From Candidatus Woesearchaeota archaeon (GTDB taxonomy: Archaea > Nanobdellota > Nanobdellia > Woesearchaeales > JAAOYA01): a stretch of 64,000 bases of DNA. Positions 7,899 through 16,768 of this stretch are shown in pieces. Where the stretch lies: assembly GCA_018221105.1 (NCBI GenBank), contig JAAOYA010000008.1, forward strand, positions 64,648 through 128,647, given 5' to 3'. Position 1 is the stretch's first letter. Each line of letters opens with the position of its first letter. The translations under genes and the position numbers were made by a program. The notes under the pieces are model-generated. The model was not told the DNA's origin. It worked only from the letters and a program-made list of their open reading frames with translations, and searched no databases.

Positions 7899-10067
7899 TT
7901 AAAAAGAGTTTTTTATGCTGCTTTGATGACCTTGCTTTGCAACATATAAAACGCTATTTACAAAACTTTCAATTTTTGGCTCGTGACTGACTATTATTGT
8001 TTGTTCAATGTTTAATTCTTCTAAGACTTCTCGAACTTTGTCTAATTGTTCACTGCTAAACCCGTCTGTTGGCTCATCAAGTATTATTATGTCACGTGTA
8101 TTGATTGTTGTTATAAAATCATTTATTACCTTGTTAAGCGCTAGACGGTAAGCCAAAGCTACTGCTGTTCGCTCACCACCTGATAAATTTATGATTTCTG
8201 TATCATAGCCATCTTGTTCTATTAATGGCGTGAAGTGTTCATCAAGTCTGGCATTTAACACTTCATCACTTACCAGCATCGAAAACCATGACTTGAACAA
8301 TTCTTCAAACTCACGGTGCACTTTTAATAGTATGTTTTTTTCTATTATACTGCTCAATTTGATAAATTGAGTGTTTAAAAAATCAATCATTTCAACATTT
8401 TTTGTTAATTCTGTTTGGATAATGTTTTTTTGTTCTATTTCAATGTTTAATCGCCCTAAATCTTTTTGAGTGTACTCAATTGCAGTACTTGACTCTGCAA
8501 TAGTTTTTTCTATACTTATTAGTTCATCACGTGCTTTTTGCCCGCCTTGCTCTAAAATTTTGATTTTTTCTTCTTGTACTTTAAACTGTTCTAATTCTTT
8601 TGCAAGCACCATTTTTGCCTTGTTGCAATCGCCAAGTATTATTTTTGAATCCTTAATTTTTTGCTCTAATCGTGCTACGCGTGTTTGACGCTCTAAAAAG
8701 TTTTTTTGCAAGTTTTCATATTGTAAAAAACGCTGTTGCTGCCTTCTAGCTATTAATAATTGCTCTTGCAAATGTTCTAATTGTTTTTTTTGCTTTGTGA
8801 GCAGTTCATTTTTTGTGTTTTGTTCAGCGTGCACTTTATTAATAATTTCTTTTTGTTTCTCGCTTAATTGTTCCAAGTTGTCTTTTAGTTTTGCAATAAT
8901 TTTTTTGTTTTCTGTTTGCACAATTGTTTTATGCTCGTGTGGGACTTTTTGCAAGCAGCTTGGGCACTCGTCAAGTTTTGTCACGCTTTCAATTATTTTG
9001 TTATTAGTTTCAACTTGAGTTTTTGTTGTTGTGATTTCTTGCTCTACAGTTTTTTGCTCGCTTTCTAATTTTTCTAAACTTTCGCGGTCACTTAACATTG
9101 ACTGATATTTTTTGTTTAACTCTTCAAACTCTAGAAAAAGCTTTTTTTCATCAAGCTTTTTTTCTGAGGGCTTATTTGTTATCAAGTCTTGTTTTGTAAT
9201 GTTTAATTGTTCTGTCTCGTGTGCCAAATCAGAATTATTTTGTGATATGTTGTTGGCAGTCTGCAATATATTATTTTCTAACACTAACAAACGCTCTTTT
9301 TTTTCTTGCAGGGTTTTTAGCAAAATGGATAATTTGTCAGCTTCAATTTTTATTTTATCAAAATCGTTTTTTTTGTTTTCTTTGAGTTCGACTAAGTTTT
9401 TTTGTTTTGTTTGTAATTCTTTTTTTTGTTGTTCTAACTCTTTTTGTTGTTCTTTTTTTTGTGGCAAATCAATTATTTGTCCTTGATAGTTTTTGTTAAT
9501 GTCTCGCAAGTATCGAACATATGTTATTGTGTTGTCACGTATTAACTTGTATTTTTCAACTCCGAAAACTCTTCGTAGTGTGTCAAGTCGATCTTCTGCT
9601 TGATCGAACAGTATTGCTTTCATTGCTTCTTGTGGCGTGTAGACTGTGTAGCGGTAAATCATATCTTTTGTTTTACTAACAAGCTCTGGCGGGTAGCCAA
9701 GAATTTCTAATATTTTAGAGCGTAACTCAACAGGTGTAGCCTCAAGTTTTTTATTATTTTGTATGATATAACCTGTGTCTTGTTGAATGCTGTTTTTTGA
9801 TCTTTTCAGTGTTCTGTTGATTATGTAATTGTTTTTTTCAATGTTAAAATCTAGTGTTACAGAGCCCGTGTTTTTGCCATGGCGCAGTAGCGTGCTACCT
9901 GTTAGTTCACCTCGCTTTAAGCCAAATAACGCGAATTCCACTGCTAACAATACTGTACTTTTGCCACTTCCAATATCGCCCGATAACATCACACTGCCTT
10001 TTGGAAAAACAATTTTCTGGTTTGTGTAAGAGCGAATGTTATCGACAATTATAGAATTGAGTATCAT
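7899..10067 (-). CDS. rad50: DNA double-strand break repair ATPase Rad50
   Basis: N-terminal Walker A GDIGSGKSTVLLAVEFALFG, long coiled-coil, zinc hook CPSC, C-terminal signature LSGGERTAVALAYRLAL and Walker B IIILDEPTDGFS. Confidence 0.85.
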   Translation of the reverse strand: MILNSIIVDNIRSYTNQKIVFPKGSVMLSGDIGSGKSTVLLAVEFALFGLKRGELTGSTLLRHGKNTGSVTLDFNIEKNNYIINRTLKRSKNSIQQDTGYIIQNNKKLEATPVELRSKILEILGYPPELVSKTKDMIYRYTVYTPQEAMKAILFDQAEDRLDTLRRVFGVEKYKLIRDNTITYVRYLRDINKNYQGQIIDLPQKKEQQKELEQQKKELQTKQKNLVELKENKKNDFDKIKIEADKLSILLKTLQEKKERLLVLENNILQTANNISQNNSDLAHETEQLNITKQDLITNKPSEKKLDEKKLFLEFEELNKKYQSMLSDRESLEKLESEQKTVEQEITTTKTQVETNNKIIESVTKLDECPSCLQKVPHEHKTIVQTENKKIIAKLKDNLEQLSEKQKEIINKVHAEQNTKNELLTKQKKQLEHLQEQLLIARRQQQRFLQYENLQKNFLERQTRVARLEQKIKDSKIILGDCNKAKMVLAKELEQFKVQEEKIKILEQGGQKARDELISIEKTIAESSTAIEYTQKDLGRLNIEIEQKNIIQTELTKNVEMIDFLNTQFIKLSSIIEKNILLKVHREFEELFKSWFSMLVSDEVLNARLDEHFTPLIEQDGYDTEIINLSGGERTAVALAYRLALNKVINDFITTINTRDIIILDEPTDGFSSEQLDKVREVLEELNIEQTIIVSHEPKIESFVNSVLYVAKQGHQSSIKNSF

Positions 10068-10102
10068 GAGTGCGCAAATGAGTACTTATTATTAAAAGTT
10101 GC

Positions 10103-10987
10103 TCACACGTTTTTAAAGACTAAAGCTGCAGCTCCAATGCTGCCAGAAGAATCACTAATTTTGTGCTTTACTATTTTTGTGTTTTGCATTGGTTTTAAAG
10201 CTCTTTTTTTGAATTCTTTACGCAATTTTGGATAAATTGGCAAGTTTGACAGTCCAGCACCTAAAACAATAACTTCTGGGTTTAATGCTACTACAATATT
10301 AGCCAGCCCTATTGCTAAATGTTCTATAAATTCATCAATGACCTTTTTTGCGGTTGGTTCTTTTGAATAATAGATTTTTTTCGGATCAGGATTTTTTATT
10401 TTGCCGCCGAACTTTTTGTAATAGTGTACTATTGCTGGCCCTGAACAAAAGTTTTCAAAACTTCCAGCAAATGAATAAGTTGTCCTGTCTTTTGAGTGAG
10501 GGTCTACTAGCATGAATCCTACTTCTCCTGCTACAAAATTGTTGCCATGATAAATTTGGTTGTTGATTATTATTCCACTACCAACTCCTGTTCCCAGTAT
10601 CACTCCTACTACGTGTTTTGCTCCTTTTGCGGCTCCAAAAGAATGCTCTGCAAGGATAAAACAGTTAGCGTCGTTTTCTATTATTATGTTTGTGTGGAGT
10701 GTTTTTTGAAAGTGTTTTTTTATGTTAAAATTGTGCAAAAATGGCATTTTTGATGGTGGTAGTACCACTCCTTGTTCGTTTATTACTGTTGGCATTCCTA
10801 TTCCTATTCCTTCTATTGGTTTGTCCCAAACTTTTTTTATTGCTAGTTCAATGTTTTGTAGAACTGTTTTTTTTCCTTTGCTAGTTTGTGTTGGCGTTCG
10901 ATATTTTTTTAGAATTTTACCATTATTTGTTATTAGAACGCTTTCTATTTTTGTTCCGCCAACGTCTACTCCTATTGCGTATTTCAT
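10103..10987 (-). CDS. ROK-family sugar kinase (glucokinase-like)
   Basis: N-terminal MKYAIGVDVGGTKIE; central glycine-rich VGVILGTGVGSGII typical of ROK/ASKHA kinases. Confidence 0.7.
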   Translation of the reverse strand: MKYAIGVDVGGTKIESVLITNNGKILKKYRTPTQTSKGKKTVLQNIELAIKKVWDKPIEGIGIGMPTVINEQGVVLPPSKMPFLHNFNIKKHFQKTLHTNIIIENDANCFILAEHSFGAAKGAKHVVGVILGTGVGSGIIINNQIYHGNNFVAGEVGFMLVDPHSKDRTTYSFAGSFENFCSGPAIVHYYKKFGGKIKNPDPKKIYYSKEPTAKKVIDEFIEHLAIGLANIVVALNPEVIVLGAGLSNLPIYPKLRKEFKKRALKPMQNTKIVKHKISDSSGSIGAAALVFKNV

Positions 10988-11117
10988 TGTGTTCTATAAT
11001 ATTTTTTAATAGTCCAATTGTGGCCACAATCTAAACACTTGCAGTTTATTGTCTGGTAAGGTCCTGGTCCTTTTGTAGAAGTGCATTTTATATTGTTGCT
11101 GTTGCAAGCTGGACAAT

Positions 11118-12131
11118 TCATTTTATTTGTTTTTTGAAGTTTTCAATAAAGTCTACTTGTGTTGGATCGCGCTTTAATAGTAGTGCTAAGTAGTAAGTGG
11201 TCCAATCTCCTAAATACATCAGGGTGAATATTCTTGATAGAAAGCATTCTCCTTTAATGTTTAATTCTGTTACTCGTGCTTTGTTTTTAATAACTTTTTT
11301 GAAAACACTCATGCGTTTTTTTATTCTGTGATAATCGTCTTCGTCTTGCATTATTATCACTTCATAGCCTTGTGGCAAGAACTCGTAGGCTTCTAGTTCG
11401 TTGTGGTTCATTTCACTAAATGTATTGTGAAATGCCATTTGTTTTGCGTTTTCATTGAATTGTTGTTTCCAGCGCAGTCCTACTGCTTTAAACCGTTGAC
11501 TAGTATAAATTATTGGTGTTTTTTGTACAAAGCGTTTTGCAAGGTCCAATCCTTTATCTCTAAAGCCTGGTTTTTTTAGTGCTTCTAATGTGTAAACTAT
11601 TTCATCACCTGTCTCTACTATACCATTGACTTCTAAGGCTTTTAGTATTGAAAAAAACATAAATCCTACTGCGTTGCGCGGTTGTACTCCTTTTGGCACT
11701 GTTATTTTGTGTATTCTTGAGCCTTCAGCTTTTTCCATGCTGCCACCACTTGCGACTATTAACACTTGTGCTCCTTGGCCTCTTGCTTGGCGGTAAGAAT
11801 TAATTGTTTCCTCTGTGTTGCCTGAGTATGATATTGCAATAACTAAAGTTTGCCGGTCAATGTGTCCTGGCAAGAAGTATCCTTTGTTGACATGTAATGG
11901 TATTTTTAAGTGATAATTGTAAGCTTTTAGTAAGTCTCCAATAATTCCGCTGCCGCCCATTCCTGTAATCACAATTTTTTTTATTTCAGTGTCACCAAAA
12001 TTAATGCTTTTTCCAAGTTTTAATCCGTCACGGCATTGTTTTGGAAATTCTTCTAAAACTTTAATCATTTGGCTCTTGTCAAGTTTGTAATCTATTTGCT
12101 CCCCTTCCATCTTAAATTGGTTGGTCATCAT
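11118..12131 (-). CDS. bifunctional phosphoglucose/phosphomannose isomerase (SIS-domain PGI/PMI)
   Basis: ITGMGGSGIIGDLL and a second SIS region (AISYSGNTEET); length 337 aa matches archaeal PGI/PMI. Confidence 0.7.
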   Translation of the reverse strand: MMTNQFKMEGEQIDYKLDKSQMIKVLEEFPKQCRDGLKLGKSINFGDTEIKKIVITGMGGSGIIGDLLKAYNYHLKIPLHVNKGYFLPGHIDRQTLVIAISYSGNTEETINSYRQARGQGAQVLIVASGGSMEKAEGSRIHKITVPKGVQPRNAVGFMFFSILKALEVNGIVETGDEIVYTLEALKKPGFRDKGLDLAKRFVQKTPIIYTSQRFKAVGLRWKQQFNENAKQMAFHNTFSEMNHNELEAYEFLPQGYEVIIMQDEDDYHRIKKRMSVFKKVIKNKARVTELNIKGECFLSRIFTLMYLGDWTTYYLALLLKRDPTQVDFIENFKKQIK

Positions 12132-12264
12132 ATTTATAAGTTTTATGCTAGTGTTGGCCGTCAGCTTTATAAATAGGGGCGGTTTCTCGTGACTTGTTCT
12201 TGCAATGTGGCAGGTTGCTTTGCTGAAGTAAGAATTAAAGATTATAATAATGGAGGCTAAATAT

Positions 12265-12834
12265 ATGGGATTTTATAAAAAGATTCGAGAGCTTTGGAAA
12301 AAGCCTAAGGCTAACATGCCAGAGCTAACAAGAGAGCGTCTTATACAATGGCGCAAAGAAGATAGTACTGTTAGAATACAAAGACCTACTCGTTTAGATC
12401 GTGCTCGCTCACTAGGTTATAGAGCAAAACCTGGTTTTGTAATAGTTAGACAAAAAGTTTCTAAGGGCGGTCACAAAAGACCAAAAATTAAAGCTGGTCG
12501 GCGTAGCGCTCACTCTGGTCAAACAATGACTTTAAAACTTAATTACAAGGCTATTTGCGAGCGGCGTGCTGCTAAAAAATACATTAATTGTGAAGTTTTA
12601 AACAGTTATTGGGTTGGCGAGGATGGAAAACAACAGTGGTATGAAGTAATTTTAGTCGATAGGACTAATCCATCAATCTTGGCTGACAAGAAGATTAATT
12701 GGATCAGCACTGAAAAAAACCGTGCTTTAAGAGGCTTGACTAGCGCTCAAAAAAAGAGCCGTGGCCTTAGAAAAAAGGGCAAGGGTGCTGAAAAAATGCG
12801 ACCTTCTCGTAGAGCACACCAAAGACAAGGTTAA
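12265..12834 (+). CDS. rpl15e: 50S ribosomal protein L15e
   Basis: MGFYKKIRELWKKP...RPTRLDRARSLGYRAKPGFVIVRQKV is classical L15e. GGAGG Shine-Dalgarno 8 nt upstream of the 12265 ATG; the ORF track's 12250 start includes that SD. Confidence 0.9.
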   Translation: MGFYKKIRELWKKPKANMPELTRERLIQWRKEDSTVRIQRPTRLDRARSLGYRAKPGFVIVRQKVSKGGHKRPKIKAGRRSAHSGQTMTLKLNYKAICERRAAKKYINCEVLNSYWVGEDGKQQWYEVILVDRTNPSILADKKINWISTEKNRALRGLTSAQKKSRGLRKKGKGAEKMRPSRRAHQRQG

Positions 12835-12848
12835 TCTTTTTTTCATAA

Positions 12849-12862
12849 CTTTTATATACCAG
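12849..12862 (+). promoter_or_regulatory. BRE/TATA-like promoter element (ttttatataccag)
   Basis: TATA-like box about 25-30 nt upstream of the 12883 ATG; the same tttatataccag string recurs at 32549-32560. Confidence 0.35.
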
Positions 12863-12882
12863 CATTGTGCTAGTTATTAGTA

Positions 12883-13035
12883 TGAAATACATTTGTCGAA
12901 AGTGTAATTATCGCTCTTCAACACGCGAGGGCAAAGATTTGCCTTTTAGATGTCCTTATTGTGGCACTGAAGGAACATTGCAGCACGAGCAGAGTTCTAG
13001 TGACTTGTTAGATGAGTTCACAGGCGAAGATTAAA
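12883..13035 (+). CDS. zinc-ribbon protein, 50 aa (possible RNA polymerase subunit P / Rpo12-like)
   Basis: Not in the ORF track (<60 aa). MKYICRKCNY...RCPYCGTEG carries two CxxC pairs spaced as in RpoP-type zinc ribbons; TATA-like box about 28 nt upstream. Confidence 0.4.
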
Positions 13036-13104
13036 AAGTTATTTTTTTCTAATTTTTTCTCAATACAAATATTAGTTTTCACTCTAGAGTGGTTAAAGAA
13101 CCGA

Positions 13105-13121
13105 AAGTTTTATATAGTAGT
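13105..13121 (+). promoter_or_regulatory. BRE/TATA promoter element (cgaaagttttatatagtagt)
   Basis: Purine-rich BRE plus TTTATATA about 35 nt upstream of the 13157 ATG; near-identical 20-mer at 27222-27241. Confidence 0.4.
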
Positions 13122-13156
13122 CACTCTTCTAGAATAGTAACAAAAGGTGAATTTTT

Positions 13157-13279
13157 ATGTTCGACATTGAAGACCAACAAGTACTAGAACACATCAGAAA
13201 AAGACCAAGAGCATCACTTAACAAAGCTCTATCAAACAAAAAACTGTCTAAACAAGAAATGGACGACTTATTTTTGTAA
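13157..13279 (+). CDS. small basic protein, 40 aa, hypothetical
   Basis: ATG preceded by an aaaggtga SD-like sequence and a strong TATA box; MFDIEDQQVLEHIRKRPRASLNKALSNKKLSKQEMDDLFL. Confidence 0.3.
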   Translation: MFDIEDQQVLEHIRKRPRASLNKALSNKKLSKQEMDDLFL

Positions 13280-13482
13280 ATTCACAAACACTGGGGGAAA
13301 ACAATATGGCATTAAGGCGCAGAAGCAAAACAGATACACGCATGTTCATGGACTTACCAAACGGCGAAGACGGTAAAAAATGGAAAAAAACAGCAAAGTG
13401 GAAAGAACCACTACTCTAAATTCTATTTTTTAATATTTTATTTTCAATACTTTTAAAAAAACCATCTCATTACTTCTATACT

Positions 13483-13731
13483 ATGACAAACACATATGAC
13501 TTAGAACTAGAAAAAGCCATTAGTGAAATAAAAAAGGCTAAAGCAAAAACAGTGCTAATACAATTACCAGACGGGCTAAAACCAAAAGCTAATTCGATTC
13601 AAGAAACATTAGAAAAAAATACTAGTGCAACGATACTAATCTGGGCTGGAAGCAATTATGGCGCATGCGATTTACCAAACTTTAAAGACGCAGACCTATT
13701 AATACATTGGGGGCACGCAAAATGGCAATAA
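13483..13731 (+). pseudogene. dph2: truncated dph2 (2-(3-amino-3-carboxypropyl)histidine synthase) N-terminal fragment
   Basis: 82 aa. KTVLIQLPDGL...AGSNYGACDLPNFKDADLLIHWGHAKW aligns to the Dph2 N-terminus (VLIQxPEGL...INYGACD...ALIHxGHS), then stops. The downstream frame is occupied by a bona fide DHH gene. Confidence 0.7.
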
Positions 13732-14897
13732 TAAAATCAAAAAACATAGAAAAACTACAACCTGCAATAATAAAAGCTGCAAGCGAGATAAAAAAAGCCA
13801 TCCAAGAAAAAAGAAAAATTTACCTACGACACCACGCAGACACTGACGGCTACAGTGCAGCAATAGTATTAGAGCGAGCAATACTACCACTAATAGAAAA
13901 CAAACAAACACGCGAGCGCGACGTATACAATTATTATCGACGATTACCATCAAAAGCACCATATTATGATTATTCTGACGCAACAAAAGATTTAACAAAT
14001 TATTTAGCAGACATCAAAAGATTTGATCATAAAACACCACTAATACTAATAGTTGATAATGGTTCAACAGACAGCGACCTATTAGGCCTGAAAAAAATCA
14101 CAACCTATGGCGCCAAAGTAATAGTTATTGACCACCATCCAGCACACCCAAAAGTAAACGATTATCTAATAGCGCATGTCAACCAACACTTAATAGGAGT
14201 AGAAAACGATTTTAGTGCCAGCATGCTAGCAAGCGAAGTAGCGTATGAATTAAACCCTAAAATTGAAAATCCAGCATTACTAGCTGCAATTGGGGGAATT
14301 GGTGACAGAATCAAAAGCAGCGAGTTAAACGATTACATCAAAAAAAGCAATAATTCAAAAGAATTCATAGAAATACTAGCAGACTGCGTGGATTTTGAAG
14401 CACACACACTAGGATTTAGTGATAGCAGAACACTAGTAAACGACTTATTCGGAGCTGATAAGAAAAAACAATCAGAACTAATAAGCGTGATGAGCGATGA
14501 AATGAAAAGACGCAAGCTAACAGCTTTCGAACTAGCAAAAACCATCACGAAAACACAAAACACCAAAAACGCAATTATAGCAACAGTAGACAACTCACAA
14601 GTTTCAGAAAGAGGAGCGTACCCAGGAGTTGGCAAAACAACAGGAATGCTTTTCGACTGGTTAAAACACGAAAAACAAAAACCAGTAATTGTTATAAGCC
14701 ACAATGAAAGCATGATAACACTGCGCTCATCACATGACAAATTCAAAGCCAACAAAATAATAAAAAAATTACAAGACACCTTACCAAAAGGATTAATTAG
14801 TGGTGGAGGCCATGACGTCGCAGCAAGCATACGTTTTAGCCCACTAATAAAAAAAGAAGTCTTAGAAAAAGTAATAGCGTACGCAAAAAAATGTTAA
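13722..14897 (+). CDS. DHH-family phosphoesterase (NrnA/RecJ-like, DHH plus DHHA1)
   Basis: Motifs HHADTDGYSAAIVL, IVIDHHPAH and GGGHDVAAS (DHHA1). GGGGG SD before the 13722 ATG; the ORF track start at 13707 is also possible. Confidence 0.7.
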   Translation: MAIIKSKNIEKLQPAIIKAASEIKKAIQEKRKIYLRHHADTDGYSAAIVLERAILPLIENKQTRERDVYNYYRRLPSKAPYYDYSDATKDLTNYLADIKRFDHKTPLILIVDNGSTDSDLLGLKKITTYGAKVIVIDHHPAHPKVNDYLIAHVNQHLIGVENDFSASMLASEVAYELNPKIENPALLAAIGGIGDRIKSSELNDYIKKSNNSKEFIEILADCVDFEAHTLGFSDSRTLVNDLFGADKKKQSELISVMSDEMKRRKLTAFELAKTITKTQNTKNAIIATVDNSQVSERGAYPGVGKTTGMLFDWLKHEKQKPVIVISHNESMITLRSSHDKFKANKIIKKLQDTLPKGLISGGGHDVAASIRFSPLIKKEVLEKVIAYAKKC

Positions 14898-15355
14898 GAA
14901 CAATCACGAGTTTACTAATTGCTTTTCTAGGTTTATTTGGCGGCAATCTATTAGCAATGATCGCGCCAGAAGAATTACAACCTGGAAAAAAACATTTTTT
15001 GTTACTACAAAAAATATTATTAGCACTAATTATTATTCTAGCCTTTGACGGTTATTGGATACTATTAGGAATCAGTCTAGGAATAATGTTTTCTTGGATT
15101 ATAAAATCCAACAAAGAACTATACTATTTTCTGCCAGTATTTATGATACCATACATTATAACAAACAAATTAATATTAGGCACCAGCCTACTATTCTTGT
15201 ATAGTCTACCAACAGGAACACTAATAGCAACACAGTTTGTAAAAAAAGACAAGCTAACAATAAAAAAAATTGCGTTGTTAAAGTACACATTAAAAAATCA
15301 TTATTGGTTCGCAGTAGTAAGCATAATAATAACAATTACCACTTTGTTTTTCTGA
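14891..15355 (+). CDS. integral membrane protein, hypothetical
   Basis: 154 aa with 4-5 predicted TM helices. Confidence 0.4.
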   Translation: MLRTITSLLIAFLGLFGGNLLAMIAPEELQPGKKHFLLLQKILLALIIILAFDGYWILLGISLGIMFSWIIKSNKELYYFLPVFMIPYIITNKLILGTSLLFLYSLPTGTLIATQFVKKDKLTIKKIALLKYTLKNHYWFAVVSIIITITTLFF

Positions 15356-15881
15356 TCTTCAAATAATATGCAGAATAATTAACCAACACTGTCAGTAATG
15401 GAGAAAATAATAGTATTGTGATAATAGCACTAAATGGTGGAGTGTAAACAATCAAAGATAATAATAATCCTCCAATAACATAATCTAATTGGTCAAAACA
15501 ATACCATGGTTTCCCAGCAGCAATACTGATTCTTCTTTTGACAAGACTCTCAACCAAATCACCAAACAACGCGCCAAAAGCTAACAATAAACCAAGAGTT
15601 ATTGGCGCAGTGCTATAATCAAACAAGCTAATATTGCGAAAAAGAGCGTAATCAGCATAAAATAATCTTTGAAGCCAGAACACAAACCATCCAAGCATTA
15701 TTCCAACAATTAAACCACGCCAAGTTTTATGACTTCCAAACAATGGTTTGCCCTTAAATTGTAAGTTGTTATCAATTGGTTTTTTTAAAAACAAAAATTT
15801 GTTCTTGAAAAGTACTGGCGCCATGTTAGCAAAGTATGCTGGCAAAAAAAAGTACAATGCTTTAATTATAACACTAACCAT
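15336..15881 (-). CDS. carS: CDP-archaeol synthase
   Basis: Multi-TM protein with HKTWRG and GDLVESLVKRR motifs characteristic of CarS (DUF46). Confidence 0.75.
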   Translation of the reverse strand: MVSVIIKALYFFLPAYFANMAPVLFKNKFLFLKKPIDNNLQFKGKPLFGSHKTWRGLIVGIMLGWFVFWLQRLFYADYALFRNISLFDYSTAPITLGLLLAFGALFGDLVESLVKRRISIAAGKPWYCFDQLDYVIGGLLLSLIVYTPPFSAIITILLFSPLLTVLVNYSAYYLKIRKTKW

Positions 15882-16267
15882 AATACCACCGGAACAATCA
15901 AACCTATTAAAACTCCATAAAACATTTGTTTTGGCCTGTGACCAAAACGCTCTTTTAGTTTAATCTTTTTTTGTAATTTATTCAAGATTTTTGCGTGCTC
16001 GCTAACAGCATAACGTGAACTAGTACTATCATGGAGCACAATCAACGCAAAAATTGTTGCTAGCGCAAAAGTTGTGCTAAAACCGTCAACTAAAAAAATG
16101 CTTGTTGCAATACCAACAACTAAAGCACTATGACTGCTGACAACACCGCCCTCGCTCAAAAAAGAATTGACAAATGGTAGTTTTCTATCAGCATAACACT
16201 TGATAAATTTAGTTGTTAACCATGATAGTAGAGCGCTTAAAATGATATAAAGTGTTGTGTTCACCAT
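15866..16267 (-). CDS. divergent PAP2 / DUF212 membrane protein
   Basis: 133 aa. FPSSHSA-like segment (VVSSHSALVVGIA) typical of the divergent PAP2 (acid phosphatase/vanadium haloperoxidase-related) family. Confidence 0.55.
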   Translation of the reverse strand: MVNTTLYIILSALLSWLTTKFIKCYADRKLPFVNSFLSEGGVVSSHSALVVGIATSIFLVDGFSTTFALATIFALIVLHDSTSSRYAVSEHAKILNKLQKKIKLKERFGHRPKQMFYGVLIGLIVPVVLWLVL

Positions 16268-16767
16268 TTTATTTTTTTCACCTTAATACTTGACACCATC
16301 AAAAATGCCATAACAATAAAATACGCTGGATAATAAGTTGTTGACAAGCCAATAAAATAAATTAGCGGTAATAATACTCCATTAGTTGTTATTGGAACAC
16401 CTTCAAAAGCTCCTGTGTTAGTTGTAGTGTTAAAACGTGCAAGTCTGATAAGCCCAGCAATTAAATATAGCGAGTAAGCAATAAGTCCTATCAGAGAATT
16501 GTTTAATGTGTACGCGAAAATTATTGGCGCGACACCAAAACTAATAATGTCAGCAAGAGAGTCTAATTCTTTTCCAAAGTCACCCTCTCGATTGATGGCT
16601 CTTGCAATCTTGCCATCTAGCACATCAGCAAGCACTGCTATTATTAACAATATTGCAGCAGTTGAATAATCACTACGCAAAACAAAAAAAATACTGAACA
16701 ATCCTAGAAGAGCGTTGAGCAATGTGAAATAATCAGGTAGTTTAACAGGAATGTTTAATTGCTTCAT
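16261..16767 (-). CDS. CDP-alcohol phosphatidyltransferase (archaetidylserine synthase-like)
   Basis: Signature DVLDGKIAR...GDFGKELDSLADIISFGVAP matches D(x)2DG(x)2AR...G(x)3D(x)3D. Confidence 0.7.
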   Translation of the reverse strand: MKQLNIPVKLPDYFTLLNALLGLFSIFFVLRSDYSTAAILLIIAVLADVLDGKIARAINREGDFGKELDSLADIISFGVAPIIFAYTLNNSLIGLIAYSLYLIAGLIRLARFNTTTNTGAFEGVPITTNGVLLPLIYFIGLSTTYYPAYFIVMAFLMVSSIKVKKIKW

Positions 16768-16768
16768 T

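Noticed and set aside
12250-12264. Upstream ATG of the L15e ORF
   Set aside because: Includes the GGAGG Shine-Dalgarno; the 12265 ATG gives the canonical L15e N-terminus.
13483-14897. dph2 continuing by frameshift into the downstream ORF
   Set aside because: The downstream frame encodes a complete DHH/DHHA1 phosphoesterase with all motifs; no Dph2-like sequence follows in any frame.
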